From positions 124,001-188,000 of the forward strand of contig RSEE01000109.1 of NCBI GenBank assembly GCA_003971905.1: DNA of 64,000 nucleotides, read 5' to 3'. The DNA comes from Moniliella sp. 'wahieum' (taxonomy: Eukaryota). Positions 63,205 to 64,000 of the stretch are shown in pieces (within the stretch, counting starts at the first letter, position 1; every line of letters starts with the position of its first letter). Made by a program: the position numbers and the translations under genes. The notes below the pieces were generated by a model. It was not told the origin of the DNA. It made no database searches and saw only the letters and a list, made by a program, of their open reading frames with translations.

Positions 63205-64000
63205 TTAATCATAGTGTGCCAGACGGTAGACGAGCACTTTGCCCCTCGAGTTGCTCACCGCGAGCCCTCGTCCGGTTGGATCAAAGTCAACGCTGGAGAT
63301 ATGGGCGAGGGGCGTGTTGGCAGTGGGCCAATTGGCAAAGACGGAACCCGATTGGGTGTGGAGGATGCGCAAAGCGTCCCGTTTGGGACGGCTGGCCATC
63401 GCCATCATCTCGCTTTGCGGGTGCCAGGCCATGGCGGTGATGGCGGTAGAAAGGTTGTTGAGCGTAGAGCGGGGCTGGATGGTACGTACGGTAGCGAGCT
63501 GGCCAGCGGCGACGGCGGCGGCCTGCTCTTCGGCCGATAAGAAGCTCGCTCCTCCCCCCGACGCGTCGGCGCCAGACAAGCTCGCCATGTCGTACAGCGA
63601 CACAATCCCGTTGCTCGCGCCTACCGCCACCGTCTTACCGTCCGGCGAGGCCGAGAGACTACTGGGACGGAACAAGTCGGTATCCGTCGCTCGCAACGTC
63701 GAGGTGAGCATCCTCGTGTCCCACACCCCGATCTCGCCCGAACTCGTGAGCGACAAGAGACGCGGCGCCGTACCAAACGCCGCGCCGGACGTGACGTCCC
63801 ATGCGATGCCAGCCACGGGACCAGGCGCCTGCAGCGTAGCGATCACCGATGCCGACCCAGCGCCCGACCGCCCCCAGTCCAACAAGTTCATCTCGCCTTG
63901 TCGCCCGCGAATCGCAACCAGTGTATCTTTGCCGCCGCGGGCCTGCATCGACGGTGGCATGGGCCGCGCGTAGGCGAGCGAGCGCGACTCGTCGTCAGCG
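63205..64000 (-). CDS. UTP18: U3 snoRNA-associated WD40 protein Utp18, C-terminal part (5' end outside the window)
   Basis: ASRPKRDALRILHTQSGSVFANWPTANTPLAHISSVDFDPTGRGLAVSNSRGKVLVYRL matches the Utp18 C-terminus. Confidence 0.9.
   Translation of the reverse strand, partial: ADDESRSLAYARPMPPSMQARGGKDTLVAIRGRQGEMNLLDWGRSGAGSASVIATLQAPGPVAGIAWDVTSGAAFGTAPRLLSLTSSGEIGVWDTRMLTSTLRATDTDLFRPSSLSASPDGKTVAVGASNGIVSLYDMASLSGADASGGGASFLSAEEQAAAVAAGQLATVRTIQPRSTLNNLSTAITAMAWHPQSEMMAMASRPKRDALRILHTQSGSVFANWPTANTPLAHISSVDFDPTGRGLAVSNSRGKVLVYRLAHYD

Noticed and set aside
1..64000. tRNA, rRNA or other structured RNA genes
   Set aside because: None recognisable by eye. tRNAscan-SE/Infernal would be needed to exclude them.

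Overview
GC-rich eukaryotic DNA, most likely from a basidiomycete yeast or smut-like fungus (Ustilaginomycotina-like). This is inferred from the compact genes, the few short GT-AG introns with CTRAC branch points, and the protein homologies. About 18 protein-coding genes are recognisable: Num1/ApsA-like coiled-coil protein (partial), two disordered hypothetical proteins, S10 carboxypeptidase, YcjY-like alpha/beta hydrolase, Ppr5-like PPR protein, IPNS-family 2OG-Fe(II) oxygenase, MGM101, a TKL-type pseudokinase, ELP6, a degenerate Ca2+/cation-antiporter-like membrane protein, a 14-TMS MFS transporter, pyruvate decarboxylase, mitochondrial aconitase, RPAP1/Rba50, a double-RING protein, the ADP/ATP carrier, MSH1 and UTP18 (partial). 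Nearly every gene carries 1-bp indels, including essential ones, so this is probably an unpolished long-read assembly and CDS ends are approximate. The non-coding DNA holds the most unusual signals: (i) a family of 7-bp-period tandem arrays (TCA/TAA/CCA + 4 bases, often a 4-bp palindrome) confined to long intergenic regions, (ii) a 181-bp mini solo LTR with a perfect TSD, a diverged second copy, and an 886-bp solo LTR, and (iii) a ~2.3-kb hydrolase cassette bracketed by a diverged duplication of the carboxypeptidase 3' end. All protein identities come from motif recognition by eye, not from database searches.
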